A DNA stretch of 64,000 nucleotides from Camelus dromedarius (taxonomy: Eukaryota): assembly GCF_036321535.1 (NCBI RefSeq), contig NC_087436.1, positions 43,588,001-43,652,000 on the forward strand, given 5' to 3'. Shown here in pieces: positions 12,322-25,361 of this stretch. The position numbers and the translations under genes are program-made. Each line of letters begins with the position of its first letter. Position 1 is the stretch's first letter. The notes beneath the pieces were generated by a model. That model saw nothing but the letters and a program-made list of their open reading frames with translations, did not search any database and was not told where the DNA came from.

Positions 12322-14467
12322 CAACAACACATAAAAAAGATTATACATCATGACCAAGTGGGGTTCATCCCAGGGACACAAGGATGGTTCAACATATGCA
12401 AATCAATCAATGTAATACATCACATCAACAAGAGAAAGGACAAAAACCACATGATCATCTCAATAGATGCAGAAAAAGCTTTTGATAAAATTCAACACCC
12501 ATTTATGATAAAAACTCTCACTAAAGTGGATATAGAGGGAACATATCTCAACATAATAAAAGCTATATATGACAAACCTACAGCCAGCATAGTACTCAAC
12601 AGTAAAAAACTCAAAAGCTTCCCACCAAAATCTGGGACAAGACAAGGCTGCCCACTATCACCACTCCTATTCAACATAGTTCTGGAAGTCCTAGCCACAG
12701 CAATCAGGCAAGAGAGAGAAATAAAAGGGATCCAAATTGGAAAAGAAGAGGTTAAAGAGTCACTATATGCTGACGACATGTTACTATATATAGAAAACCC
12801 TAAAGGGTCCACACAAAAACTACTAGAGCTGATCGAAGAATTCAGCAAGGTAGCAGGTTACAAGATTAACATTCAAAAATCAGTTGCATTTCTTTACACT
12901 AATGATGAATCAACAGAAAAAGAAAGTAAAGAAACAATCCCCTTTAAAATAGCACCCAAAGTAATAAAATAACCTAGGAATAAATCTAACTAAGGTGGTG
13001 AAAAATTATACACAGAAAACTATAAACCATTGGTGAAGGAAATTAAAGAAGACTTTAAAAGATGGAAAGATATCCCATGCTCTTGGATTGGAAGAATCAA
13101 TATTGTTAAAATGGTCACACTGCCCAAGGCAACCTACAGATTTAATGTAATCCCTATCAAATTATCCAGGACATATTTCACAGAACTAGAACAAATCATA
13201 ATAAAATTAATATGAAACCATCAAAGACCTAGAATTGCCAAAGCATTACTGAAGAGAAAGAAAGAGGCTGGAGGAATAACTCTTCCAGACTTCAGACAAT
13301 ACTATAGAGCTACAGTAATCAAGACAGCATGGTATTGGTACAAAAACAGACATACAGACCAATGGAACAGAATAGATAGCCCAGAAATGAACCCACAAAC
13401 TTTTGATCAACTAATCTTCAACAAAGGAGGCAAGAATATACAATGGAATAAAGACAGTCTCTTCAGCAAATGGTGTTGGGAAAACTGGACAGCAGCATGT
13501 AAATCAATGAAGCTAGAACACTCCCTTACACCATACACAAAAATTAACTCAAAATGGATCAAAGACTTAAACATAAGACAAGATACAATAAACCTCCTAG
13601 AGGAAAATATAGGCAAAACATTATCTGACATACATTTCAAAAATTTTCTCCTAGTAGAAATAAAAGCAAGAATAAACAAATGGGACCTAATGAAATGCAC
13701 AAGCTTCTGCACAGCAAAGGAAACCGTAAGTAAAACAAAAAGACAACCTACGGAATGGGAAAAAATTTTTTGCAAATGAAACTGACAAAGGCTTGATCTC
13801 CAGAATATATAAGCAGCTCATACAACTCAATAAGAAAAAAATAAACAACCCAATCCAAAAATGGGCAGAAGACCTAAACAAGCAATTCTCCAAGGAAGAA
13901 ATACAAATGATCAATAGACACATAAAAAATGCTAAGTATCACTAATTATCAGAGAAATGCAAATCAAAACTACAATGAGGTATCACCTCACACCAGTCAG
14001 AATGGCCATCATTCAAAAATCCACAAATGACAAATGATGGAGAGGCTGTGGAGAAAAGGGAACCCTCCTTCACTGCTGGTGGGAATGCAGTTTGGTGCAG
14101 CCACTGTGGAAAACAGTATGGAAATTCCTCAAACAACTAGGAATAGACTTACCATATGACCCAGGAATCCCACTCCTGGGCATATAACCAGAAGGAACCC
14201 TACTTCAGGATGACACATGCACCCCAATGTTCACAGCAGCATTATTTACAATAGCCAAGACATGGAAACAGCCTAAATGTCCATCAACAGATGATTGGAT
14301 AAAGAAGATGTGGTATATTTATACAATGGAATACTACTCAGCCATAAAATCCGACAACATAACATCATTTGCAGCAACATGGATGCTCCTGGAGAATGTC
14401 ATTCTAAGTGAAGTAAGCCAGAAAGAGAAAGAAAAATACCATATGAGATCGCTCATATGTGGAATAT

Positions 14468-14517
<50 letters not shown>

Positions 14518-14818
14518 GCATAAATACAAAACAGAAACAGACTCATAGACATAGAATACAAACTTGTGGTTGCCAAGGGGGCAGAGGGTGGGAAGGGATA
14601 CACGGGATTTCAAAATTGTAGAATAGATAAACAAGATTATACTGTATAGCACAGGGAAATATACACAAAATTTTGTGGTAGCTCACAGAGAAAAAAATAT
14701 GACAATCAATATATATGTATGTTCATGTGTAACTGAAAATTGTGCTCTACACTGGAATTTGACACAACATTGTAAAATGATTATAAATCGATAAAAAATG
14801 TTAAAGGTAAAAAAAAAG
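12322..14818 (+). mobile_element. LINE-1, 5'-truncated, relatively young: ORF2 RT and C-terminal region plus 3' UTR and A tail
   Basis: ORF2 peptides [12 protein letters not shown]...[15 protein letters not shown]...[18 protein letters not shown]...YADD (12358-12972), then 13030-13215, 13387-13779 and 14227-14469. Broken by stops and frameshifts. TSD aagtgtaatga at 12311-12321 and 14819-14829. Confidence 0.97.
14471..14515. repeat. (CA)n microsatellite inside the L1 3' UTR
   Basis: Direct read. Confidence 0.95.
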
Positions 14819-15879
14819 AAGTGTAATGAAAGTTTTATCTGATGAAGACTGCACTGCCAACCTACGCTCAGGGCCATCTTTCCCTGAATCCAGTAGAGGA
14901 GGCTAAAGCTGTCCTCATACCATTGTTGGGAGCTTTTGGGTGAGCATAAGTTATCAAGTACCATTCTGGACCACTTTAGAGGAAATGTCTTCTCAAAATA
15001 GGAAAAAGATGAATATAATTTTTAAGAAATTAATGGATCCCAGTCCAATGATTCAAGGATAGTATTCACAATAGAAAATTATTTTATACACCTTGAAAAA
15101 CATCAAAACATTATCTCAGTTTTCAAAACAATCTTGTTTGTGCTGTCATAGTCACAAAATATTTGTATGCATGTAATATTACTCTAAATATTTATTAACA
15201 GAAACATAAGTTATTCTTAATATTAGGTTTTGAATTTAAATTATGAAAGTTGGTTGCTTTAAAGTCTAAAGAAACTAAGTCCCACATAGGTAGCAGAGAC
15301 AGAATTAAATAGGAAAGATGTCACTTAGGAGATATTTAGGGTTAGCTCCAATATACCCTTTTTATTTTATTTATTTTTTCAGGGCAATATAGTTAAGTTT
15401 TAGAATGGAAGACCACATTAAGGACATTTCCTGAATGTGATACATTGGTATCCTTGAGAAAATCATTAATAAGCATTCTTTTAAAAAAAATAGTAAAAAA
15501 AAGATTTCATTGTAAAATACATTCAGAATCACAGGCAATAGTAAGAATTCTCAGTACTTTCCTATATGCTAATGTGTATTAAAGAGGAAGGTGGGTGGGA
15601 AGAAGCATGCAATGATTTTCAATCCTATTGACTCAGTATACTTTTTAACACAGAACATCTTTAACGTTTCATAGGCCACTAGTTTGGCAACTCTGGTAAA
15701 CATTGCTCTGGGGCTTCTTTCACATCACTGTCAGGTGTTCTCAGATAAACCAAATGCGAGACCTTAATGGAGCTTCTGGTATTTGGATGAAAACAGAAAG
15801 GATCGTTGAGGGAGAAGTGATAATTTAATATGAATTTCTCCCACACAAAATTCCTTAGTAAATCAGAGGTGTATCTCTC

Positions 15880-16350
15880 TATGGTAGCTAAGTAATGCTC
15901 CCTCCCCAGAGATGTCCACATCTTAATCCCTGGAACCAGTGAAAGTTACCACGGATGGCAAAAGGGACTTTGCAGGTGTGATGAAACTAAGGATTCTGAG
16001 ACGGGCGATTATCCAGGTGGGCCCAATAGAACCACAGGGATCCTTATAAAAAGGAGGCAAGAGGGTCAACAAGGGAGAAGGCAACGTGATGACAGAACCA
16101 GAGGTCGGGGTGATGGTGGATGGAGTAGGAGCCAAGAAATGCGGGCAACGTCTAGAATGTGGAAAACGCAAGAAAACAAATTCTCCCCTAGAGCCTTCAG
16201 AGGAATCCCAGCCCTACCAACACCTTGGTTTCAACCCAGCGAAACTCACTTGGGACTTGTGATCTCCAGACTGTAAGGTAATACAGTTGTGTTGTTTTAA
16301 GCCACTAAATTTGTGGAAATTTATGACAGCAGCAGTAGGAAATTAATACA
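15880..16350 (+). mobile_element. MaLR solo LTR (MLT1C/D-like)
   Basis: gatgtccacatcttaatccctggaacc...ggcaaaagggactttgcagg...attctcccctagagcc...ccagactgtaag...aggaaattaataca; ~5-bp TSD (c/a)tctc. Confidence 0.9.
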
Positions 16351-16494
16351 ATCTCTTAATAGTCAAAAATTTAAAACTTACTCTTATGAATCAATAACTC
16401 TAGTTTTCAGAAGTTTAAACTATTGTTTTCTTCAGTGGAAATGTTATTTTAAGAGAAGCACCAGATATCTGTGGACATTGAAAATAATTTGGGT

Positions 16495-16665
16495 TGGAGA
16501 GCAGGATTTAGCTCAGTGGTAGAGTATGTGCTTAGCATACACAAGGTCCTGGGTTCAATCCCTAGTACCTCCATCAAATAATTATTAAATTAAAAAAAAA
16601 AATAAACTTAATTACCTCCCCCAAATAAAATAGTAAAACATATTAAAAAATAATTTTTTAAAAGA
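16495..16665 (+). mobile_element. vic-1-like SINE
   Basis: tagctcagtggtagag...cttagcat...gtcctgggttcaatccc plus A-rich tail. Confidence 0.9.
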
Positions 16666-16943
16666 AAAGAATTTGAGGGGCGAGGATCACTCACTTTTAC
16701 TTCAAACATTTCTTCTAATGAATTTTTTATAAGAGGAGCATATTATTTTAACAGAAAATAATTAGTTTAAATTAATAAAATAATTTGGTTTTGGATATTC
16801 AGTGCTGTCTATCAGAAGTTCATGCATCTTTTCAGTCAGAAATAACCATGCCCCTCAGTTACAGTTACAGCTACAAGAGCTGACCCATTAAGGCAAGCCT
16901 ATTGTTGAGTGCAAGAATAATTGTTTATGCAGCAAACCTATAC

Positions 16944-17075
16944 CTAAGAATGATTTGGTCAATAAGATCATGTTTTGCAGGTGTAATTCTTCCACCAAGG
17001 AAGCCAGGAAGATGTCTATAGCGCCAGGTTACTGGGCAAAATTTCCAAGAAATGGCAGGCCTCTTGCTCCTCATT
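16944..17075 (-). other. Candidate internal exon (132 nt) of an unidentified host gene
   Basis: ctttttttctgtag acceptor, AG|gtatag donor, one open frame (MRSKRPAISWKFCPVTWRYRHLPGFLGGRITPAKHDLIDQIILR), non-repeat sequence. The protein is not recognised. Confidence 0.3.
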
Positions 17076-17844
17076 CTACAGAAAAAAAAGAGAGCGATCT
17101 CAGTCATCAAGTACCTTCTGATTCAAGATACCTTCAGATCAGTTTGTAAGCCAGGTTTCTGTCATCTGGTGCAATATGTAAAAATGTTAAATGGCTTCTG
17201 AAAAAGAACTCAAGTCAAATAACTCTTCATGTCAGAAACTGAGACACAGTTCAAAAGTTCGAAAGTATTTTCCCTTGTTAACATTTTTTAAACTTGTTAA
17301 TAATTATCCAAGTTACTGAATACACAATATGAAAGCTTTTAGATACCCAATCTGAAATTAAAATCAAATAAAAGAAACTGAAAGGTTATTCAGCCTTCTA
17401 AATATGTGCTGTGAGTTTTGGGGGGCTTTTTGTTTGGTAGGTTGGTTTCTGGGGCTTTCTGGTATCACACACTCAAAGACTGGGATGTTGGGGACTGGGA
17501 TGTTGGGGGGTTATCTCTAAAAATAGTGCATCCAGTCTTCACTCAGGCAGTGAAGTGAAGGACCAGATCTTCTGTAATGGGGATTTTCACATGCATCTAG
17601 ATTATAAAGCAATAGCAAAAAGAAGCATGTAATCTCTTCTCTGAAACAGAAGAAACCAGTTCTGAAGGCATTTAAGAGGGCAGTTGTCAGGGCTCCCAGA
17701 AGTGTTCTTTCTGTGGTCCAAGGCGGAGGAGGATACAATTCAGTGGAAAGCTGAGGGAAACCAATGCTTAAGTAGAACAGTGTGAATGGTCTATGTACTT
17801 CTGCTTTTACCATTTTAAATGATGATGCTTCTAAGAGGCAGTTG

Positions 17845-18075
17845 ACTGCAGTGGTGATGAGCTTACCTTCTGTACCACACCACCTGTGTTGGAATCCCAG
17901 CTCTGCTAGGTGACTTTGGGCATTACTTAACCTCACCATTTCTTCCTCTGTAAACCGAGGATGATAGTACTAACAGAGTCACCTAATAAAGTTGTTGGGA
18001 TTGAGTGAATTAATATATGTAAAGTGCTTCTAAGCACCTAGGAGTAACAAGACACTATATATGTACTAGCTCTTA
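17845..18075 (+). mobile_element. MIR SINE
   Basis: ggaatcccagctctgct...gggcattacttaacctc...tttcttcctctgtaaa...gttgttgggattgagtga...gtaaagtgctt. Confidence 0.75.
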
Positions 18076-18654
18076 CGATTTTATATCTGCATTATTCTCT
18101 CTGTAAATGAATCTTCAAAATTTCAGCTGTCAGCTCTAGTCTTCCCTTGGAGAATCCAGGGGCTAAATTATGGACCCTCTAGGGATGTAAGACCTTGGCC
18201 CTAATCCCCACCACCACCACTCCCTGCCTAACCCAGAATCTGCCCCTCAGTCTGGGACTAAGACTCTCTGGAGGACAGACTTTACACCATTCCCAGAAGT
18301 CTTTATCTCAGCACTCAGCATGCCCCCTCCAGGGGAAGCTCCTTCAAGACAGACAAGGTGTTTCCCTCTGAGGAGCCTCCCAGAAATATTAATGCTGAGT
18401 GGAAAGCTCTCTCTGAGGGATGCCCTGCATTGCATGCAGGCTGTGACTCTCCCCCTCAACCACCTGACTCCTACCATGCTCTGGGCCAGTGCACAAGAAC
18501 CATCTGGTGACAATGCAGATCCCTGATCTATCTCTAGACCCTGCCTCAGGAGCTGGGGTAGGGCCCCAGGAGAGGCCACGGACCACTCTCTGAGAAACCC
18601 TGCCTGTTCCAGGCAGAGACACTAAACATAGTGCCAGCTGTTTGAAAAGGACCA

Positions 18655-18723
18655 TTTTTTTGTTTGTTTTGTTTATCGAAATATAGTCAACTTACAATGT
18701 GTTAATTTCTGGTGTACAGCATA

Positions 18724-18790
<67 letters not shown>

Positions 18791-18830
18791 CTTTTCATTA
18801 TAGGCCATTACAAGTTATTGAATATAGTTC
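18655..18830 (-). mobile_element. L1 3' end fragment containing a (TA)n expansion
   Basis: Reverse complement of the L1 3' UTR (tacaatgtgttaatttctggtgtacagcatagtga...ttgaatatagttccc). Confidence 0.8.
18728..18788. repeat. (TA)n microsatellite, about 30 units
   Basis: Direct read. Confidence 0.95.
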
Positions 18831-20190
18831 CCAGAACAGGACCATGTCTCATTCATCTTTGCACTGCCAGCACCCAGCACCAGATCTAGCACATAGTAGT
18901 TGCTTAATGAATTATCATTGCATCAATGAGTGAGAGCAGAAGGAATAACACTTGTCCTTCATAGATGAGAACAATCCACTGCCCAACATACAGAGGAGTG
19001 CAAAGCTAGCAGAGAAAGATCACAAGTTAGCATTTTAAACAGGTTTTCCTCTGAAGGAATCCCAGGTACAGAGATTGTGCAAGACAAAATTTCAACTGCT
19101 ACATATAATTTTTAACTCGTCCTTCAATAGAAAAATATCTACACCAAAGATTAAGAGCAGACATGGGTCATTATGGCTTAAAGTTGGTTACTGACATCTG
19201 AACTTACTTGTCATGGATTAATCATAAGGTGACTGAAAAAACAAGCAGTCTCTGTGTTCCTGATCTTTTTCTTCTGCTTTATACTTTACTTTTTTAGTTA
19301 AGTAGGGATGCCATTCATGAGAGATTATGATGCTCCAAATTTCAGTTAATACAACAAATGGCATTAATCTTAACCAAAATCACACTTTAATATGAAAATT
19401 CATTCAAATTTGTCAAAATATTTAGATTTACCACTCTTTAAAGACTCAGCACATGTTCATCTTTCTCTCCAAGTAGATAGAACATCACTAGAAATATCAA
19501 AAGCACCTCTTGTTTACCAGGCTGTTAGTAAAATGTGTGTGTGCTCCTTCAGCAGATTTCACTGAAAATAGCCTGATCCCGTGTCCGGGAGCCGACTGTT
19601 CTTTTAGAGTCTGCAGTGCTGACTCTGTTATTATCTTCGGCATATCTTTTCAAATCAATCAACCTTTCTGCATTCTGTAGATTTAAAAACCTGGGACCAG
19701 TGAATGAACAGTGCTTGTCAGCTATTTTATAGGAACACAGGAAAAAGAAATGAGGTAATGCTAAGAAATGCCAGTTTTATCCAATCACATGGACAAAGGA
19801 GTCATGCAAAAACATCTCCTTCATGGACAGATGGTGCTTCTGAGAATTGAAAGAATATAGCAAAAGTAAGAAGAGGAGATGCTAGAAACCTAAGTCCATA
19901 GGGGAGAGGAAAAGCAGCCATGATTTGATAGGGGAAAGTGGAGAAATAAAGTCAAGATGAAGACCTCACTGCTGTACACCAGAAACTGACACATTGTAAA
20001 CTGACTATAACTCAATTAAAACAAACAAACAAACAAACTTTAGGTAGATGCACTGAAAAAAAAAAAGATTTCACTATGTGAGGGATTGATGGAAAAGAGA
20101 AATGCCAAGAAAGCAGGCGAAAATAATTCTCATGGGTTGCTAGCAAAAATAACAGCATCAGCTTTCAGGCAAATGCCATTTTTTTAAAGA

Positions 20191-20337
20191 ATTTTTTGTT
20201 TGTTTGGGGTTTTTTGGGGGGGAGGGGGGAGGTAATTAGGTTTACTTTATTTATTTTTACAGGAGGTACTGGGGACTGAACCCAGACCTGGTGTATGCTG
20301 AGCATGTGCTCTACTACTTGAGCCACACCCTCCCCCC
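20191..20337 (-). mobile_element. vic-1-like SINE
   Basis: gggaggtaattaggttt...gaggtactggggactgaaccc...gctctact. Confidence 0.85.
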
Positions 20338-20719
20338 ATAAGGTTATGTTTGATGGGAATGTTCATTTGTCATGATTCTACTGGGCAAAGAGGGCCAGGC
20401 AGAGGAGAAGAACATTCTATTTCCACAGCTCACTGTTAACACCCAGTGTTGTTTGCATTCTTTTTTTGGAACAGAGAACACCTGAAAAGTAGCCATTTCT
20501 CAGTATGCAGCCAGGCCTCTGCAACAGTAAGCTGTGACCCCCAGAAATTCCAGGTGGGTATCTACAAAGGCAGACAGAATGATAAGATGACTTCTCTCAG
20601 CAAAAAGCTCTGGGCAGCTCAGGTTCTTTGTTTCTATTTTTTTCATTCCTAAAAATGGTCTAGGAAAAAAAATAATCATTAATGCTTAGATAGGGAGGAA
20701 AGTGAAGAAAGGGAGAAAA

Positions 20720-21020
20720 GTAGCAATATTTAATGAGCATCTGTTTGCCTGGGGCTGTGCAATGGACTTCGCATGTGCTATTTCATGTAAACCTGAAATA
20801 TTAACAAAGTTCCTCTTACTGAGCACTTGCTATATAGTATGCACTATACCAAGCACTTTGAAAGATTGTTTTAAAGATTAAATAAAATCAGGAATTGGAT
20901 GTTATTATTCCCAATATATGAATGGCAAAAATGAGACTTAGGATAAATAATTTGCCCAAGGTCATATGATTAATAAGTGATCCAGGGTTAAAATACAGGT
21001 CTGTGTGACTAACTCTCATA
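20720..21020 (-). mobile_element. MIR SINE fragments
   Basis: tactgagcacttgctat...ttattattcccaat...aataatttgcccaaggtcata. Confidence 0.7.
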
Positions 21021-21299
21021 TTTATACCAAACTAATGTGTGGAAGGTAAAAAATCCAATAATTATTTTTTCATCAAAATATAAATCTCTTAAAATTCCAT
21101 AGTTTATTCATATACTTGTGTATTTATAATGAATAGTAAATATGGTAAGAAAAAACATTTAATCCAAGAAATAGTCAAAGAAACATTCAAGTACCCATAA
21201 ATAGAGTACCAGTTAAATTATGGGATAGTAAAATGCTATATGGTCTTTAGAAAGAATAAACCAACTGTACTTAGAGTAATCAACAAGTTGATAAGGCGT

Positions 21300-22700
21300 A
21301 CTTCTTTGTAGACAATCTCAGGCAAAATAAATTTTAAAAAGAAGTAGAAGAATTAGAAAATCATTTTGCAACCCTTAATGGAATAATGGACCAAGGCAGT
21401 AATAATCACTGGATAAAACATTAGATAACATGTTGATGGGAAAGTTTACAATGGGCAGATAAGGCTGACACCACCCAAACCCTCTGCTCAATCTTAGAAT
21501 CACTCAAAGTGAAACATGAGATATAGGAGCCCCCAAAGGTGACGCAGCATGAAGAACACAGCAAGCACCACCTAGGAAGGATTCTTGCCATAAATATTCA
21601 ATCTGAATCCAATCAAGCCTCAAATACGAGGCACAGAGGAACAAGTTGAACAATACCTGTAGGGAACAGTCAAATCCAGAAGGTGGGCTCTTCTACAGGA
21701 TAAATAATTTAGTTTCTTGAACAAATAAATGACTTTTTTTTTTAAAGGAAGAACATTATTGAAGCTTAAAAGTTTTAATGGATGCCATATGTGGACTTAA
21801 TTTGGCTCCTGATTCAAACAAAATAATTTTAAAATGAAATTTTTGAAAAAAAATCAAGGAAATTGAAAAATAGACTGGATTTTAGATTACATTAAAAATA
21901 TTCATTTTCTGAGATGTGATGATGGCACTATAATGGGTTTCTGTTAAGTCTTTATGTCTTGGGAGTACATACTAAAGTATTTATGGGTGAAATTACATAA
22001 TATTTTGGATTTATTTTAATATACTCCAGAGAAAAAAGGGAAGCTATAGATGAAGCCAGATTACCAAAGGAAAGGTATTGTGGAAATCGTCCAACATACA
22101 CAATAGCAGAGAAGTAATACTATGAATCTGTATTCATCCAGTTTCAACATTTTGCCAATCTTGATTCAAGCTATTCCTCTCACACGTATTTTTTTCTTGT
22201 ATTTTTTAAAGTAAATCTCAAACATCAGACAAAATATCATTTCACTCACAAATATATCAACACACATCAATTAATAAGGAGACTTTTTTTTCACATAATG
22301 ACTTGGCCAATATCACATCAAAGTTAATCATAGTCTCAATATTTTCTAACATACAGTAAGACTGTCAAAATATTAATATATATGTTGAAGCTGGATAATA
22401 GATACCTGGGGGGTTCTTTATACATGCTAATGTTGTGTATGTTTGACATTTTTCATGAAGAAACATTTGCTTAAGGAATAAGGCAACTTCCTGTGTAGTA
22501 ATATGGAACAATGTTCAAGACATGTTAAGTGAAAGAAGACACAGGATAGTATATGTACTATGCTACAATTTGGGTTTAACAAGATATATAGAGGTGTGTG
22601 TGTGTATGTGTGTGGAGAGAGAGAGAGAGTCATGAAATATAACTGGAAAATACACATGGAAATAAAAACAGCAGTTGTCTCTGAGGAGGGGAACTAAAGC
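21300..22700 (+). mobile_element. Ancient L1 (L1MC/L1ME-like) 3' region with nested fragments
   Basis: gaattagaaaatcattttgcaacc...caatcttagaatcact...gatgtgatgatggc motifs; homologous to 36150-37200 in this window. Confidence 0.65.
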
Positions 22701-25361
22701 ACCAGGGAAGAAGGAAGATGCGTTTATCCTTCTGCATCTTTTGGATTCAGGATGGTATATTATCTATTCAAAAACATACATCATTCATAAATTAAAAGAA
22801 AAAAACAATGTACAGGCACCTGATGTATCATATATCATTAAAACAAATAATTAACTATGATTACCAGTCACAGCTTAAAATAATCTAACTTTGGTATCCT
22901 ACCAGATTTAGATTGGAAAATTACCCTTCTATCTCTAAAATCAGAAATCTCCAGCCATCTGTCTAATCCAATACTGTGTTCGGGTTTTAGAGCTACTGTG
23001 GTCTAAAAGATCGCCACTTCAGCGTACTGTCATCTCCTTTACCTACTATGACAAGTTTGGCTTATTCTGGTTCAAATCTTTCTATATTTGTGTTCCAAGT
23101 CTTTCTTCAGTAGAGCAAAGCCTCTCTCTGTTTATTTCTCTGGTGGTTAAACTGAAAGCAAGACCATTTTTCAAAATTGTCCCACATCCAAATGAGATCT
23201 GTATTACAGTCCAGTTGCTACAGATCATTTTCTGTCCTTCCAACCTAGCTAAGCATTGATTAAGTAACATATACTGGGCTAGCTGTTGTTAAGGGGATTT
23301 GTCTTTTTTCCAAATTAAATTTTAAATAATTTAAACAGATTAGTGCCTAAACACAAGTGCACAGTTGTCTTTTACAGCAACAATTTAGATTTAACTGAGG
23401 CAGCATACTGGGAGCTTATAAAGCACATCTCCTTTTAAAATATTTTTTCTAAATTTTTTTTCAGTCCCAAATGGAAAATGAAGCCAGAGTACATAAAAAG
23501 TAGAAAATCATGGAATGTTATTCCTTTTGTGAAATTTTAGAGCAACAATTATTTTTAGTAACATCTGGGCCAAATGTTCTTATAAGATTTAGTTTATTCT
23601 GAAATTAAATACCGTACAATATCAGGATGAGACACTTAAAATTCTGCAGTACTATTCCACAAGGAACTTTACAACTAGAAAGAATGTGCTTTTATACATA
23701 CCAACAGTTTTAGTAAGCATTAAGTATACAACATGGAGGAACAATAGTCTTTTACAGGCAAAACAAAATAATTGTGTAACTGTAAAATCACGCAGAATCT
23801 ACTTTGTAACTCAGCTTCATTCTTCATGAGGGATGGCTTAATGGTTCTTTTTATTATAAAACCCAATGACATTGAGCTGTAAGGAAAAAGTATAAATTGT
23901 AGAACTGATGTATCAACACCAAGATGAGAAAAAATCTAATCATGTAAAACTTCCTGGAACCTCTTTTTCATTAATACTTGAATAGCACATTTTTAGGTAT
24001 ACTTTTAAGTTCACAAACAAGACGTGCAACAATGGATAGGTATTCTGAATGGCTAGCATGAAAGGACTTGTCAAATTGCTTTGCTAAAACACAAGACACA
24101 AGCAATTCAGTTTGGATTACTTAGATTTTTTTCCTGCTTTTCTACAACATATTCTCCTAAAAAGTCAAAGAAATCCTACTTTGAAGTTCCAACCACTAAG
24201 CTTACATTTTTTAGAGAGCTGCCCTCCAGGTGGGTGGCAATTTTGTGAACAAGTAACATCTTGTACCAGCCATTGTGACCAGCTCTGAGAACACACAGGT
24301 AAACATGGCCTTTCTCTCAAGGAACTTAAGGAAATCTAAGGTATGTGGGCAACTGGCAACCCAATTTCAGGGATGTGAACTGATACACAAAAGGAGGAAA
24401 ATATAACAAATATGACAATGTGCTTTTTCAGACTTCTAGTAATATTGCTCTGTGAAATATTTCTATTAATGAATTAAGTTACATTGATTACCTTCAGGAA
24501 GTCCTTAATCATTGCAGGACTTTCAAGTCTACCATGTTTTGGATAAAGTTAAAAGAAGTATCCTTTTAATAATAAGGTCCTATAATGCAAATTTTTATTA
24601 AATTATGATATTTTCATTAGGAACTTGCTAAGGGGACTATCTTCTAGATACCTACAGTAGAACTAACAAGCAGTAAGTGTTACTTCCAAGCATTCTCCAT
24701 GCCTTTTAACCGTATCACACCACAATTTATTAACATAATGAAATCTTCTCTAAAATAAAGGCATTCTCTCATCTGTAAGTCAACATCCCCCCATCACCAA
24801 ATCTGTGTTGTATGTAGATAAAAACTGTTTTGTCACAACTTTTATGTTTGTATACACAACTCAACAGAAATTGATAGTTGAAACAATAAGCATAAGTTTC
24901 TAACTTACAGAGAGAGCTTTAGACTTGGGAAGACCTGGTTGGAAATCCTGGCTGACAAGTCATGTACTTTGGTGCAAGTTACTCTTCCTATTTTTGAAAT
25001 GTCCATAAATAAAGGTAATGTTGAAAGGGCCTAGCATATAGGAAGTGCCAGCCTATGGCAGTTGCAATTGTTATTATTACTGCTTATGATATTTCCTCAA
25101 AATATGATAAAAAGGCACAAATCAAATGGGGTAAGATTAAAACAAGGGATCTAACTGAGTCAACAAAACCCAGTACTGGGTCTTGAATAATGGAATTTTC
25201 TTTTCAACTGAGAGCAGTAGATAGCTGTTTTCTATCTGTACACATAGAACTATTTTTCTACCCAATCTTCTCAAAGGCTGTGTGGTAGTGGTGTGTTGGT
25301 GCAATAGATCTTCATGACTTCTTTTACATGCTCGAGACAAAGGACGAAAGTATGCTGAAGA

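Noticed and set aside
16495..16580. tRNA-like A/B boxes here and in the other SINE copies
   Set aside because: These are SINE heads with tails and TSDs, not intact tRNA cloverleafs.
17517..17939. 140-aa ORF (also the 156-aa ORF at 39118-39588)
   Set aside because: They overlap MIR/L2-like remnants and show no protein-family signature.
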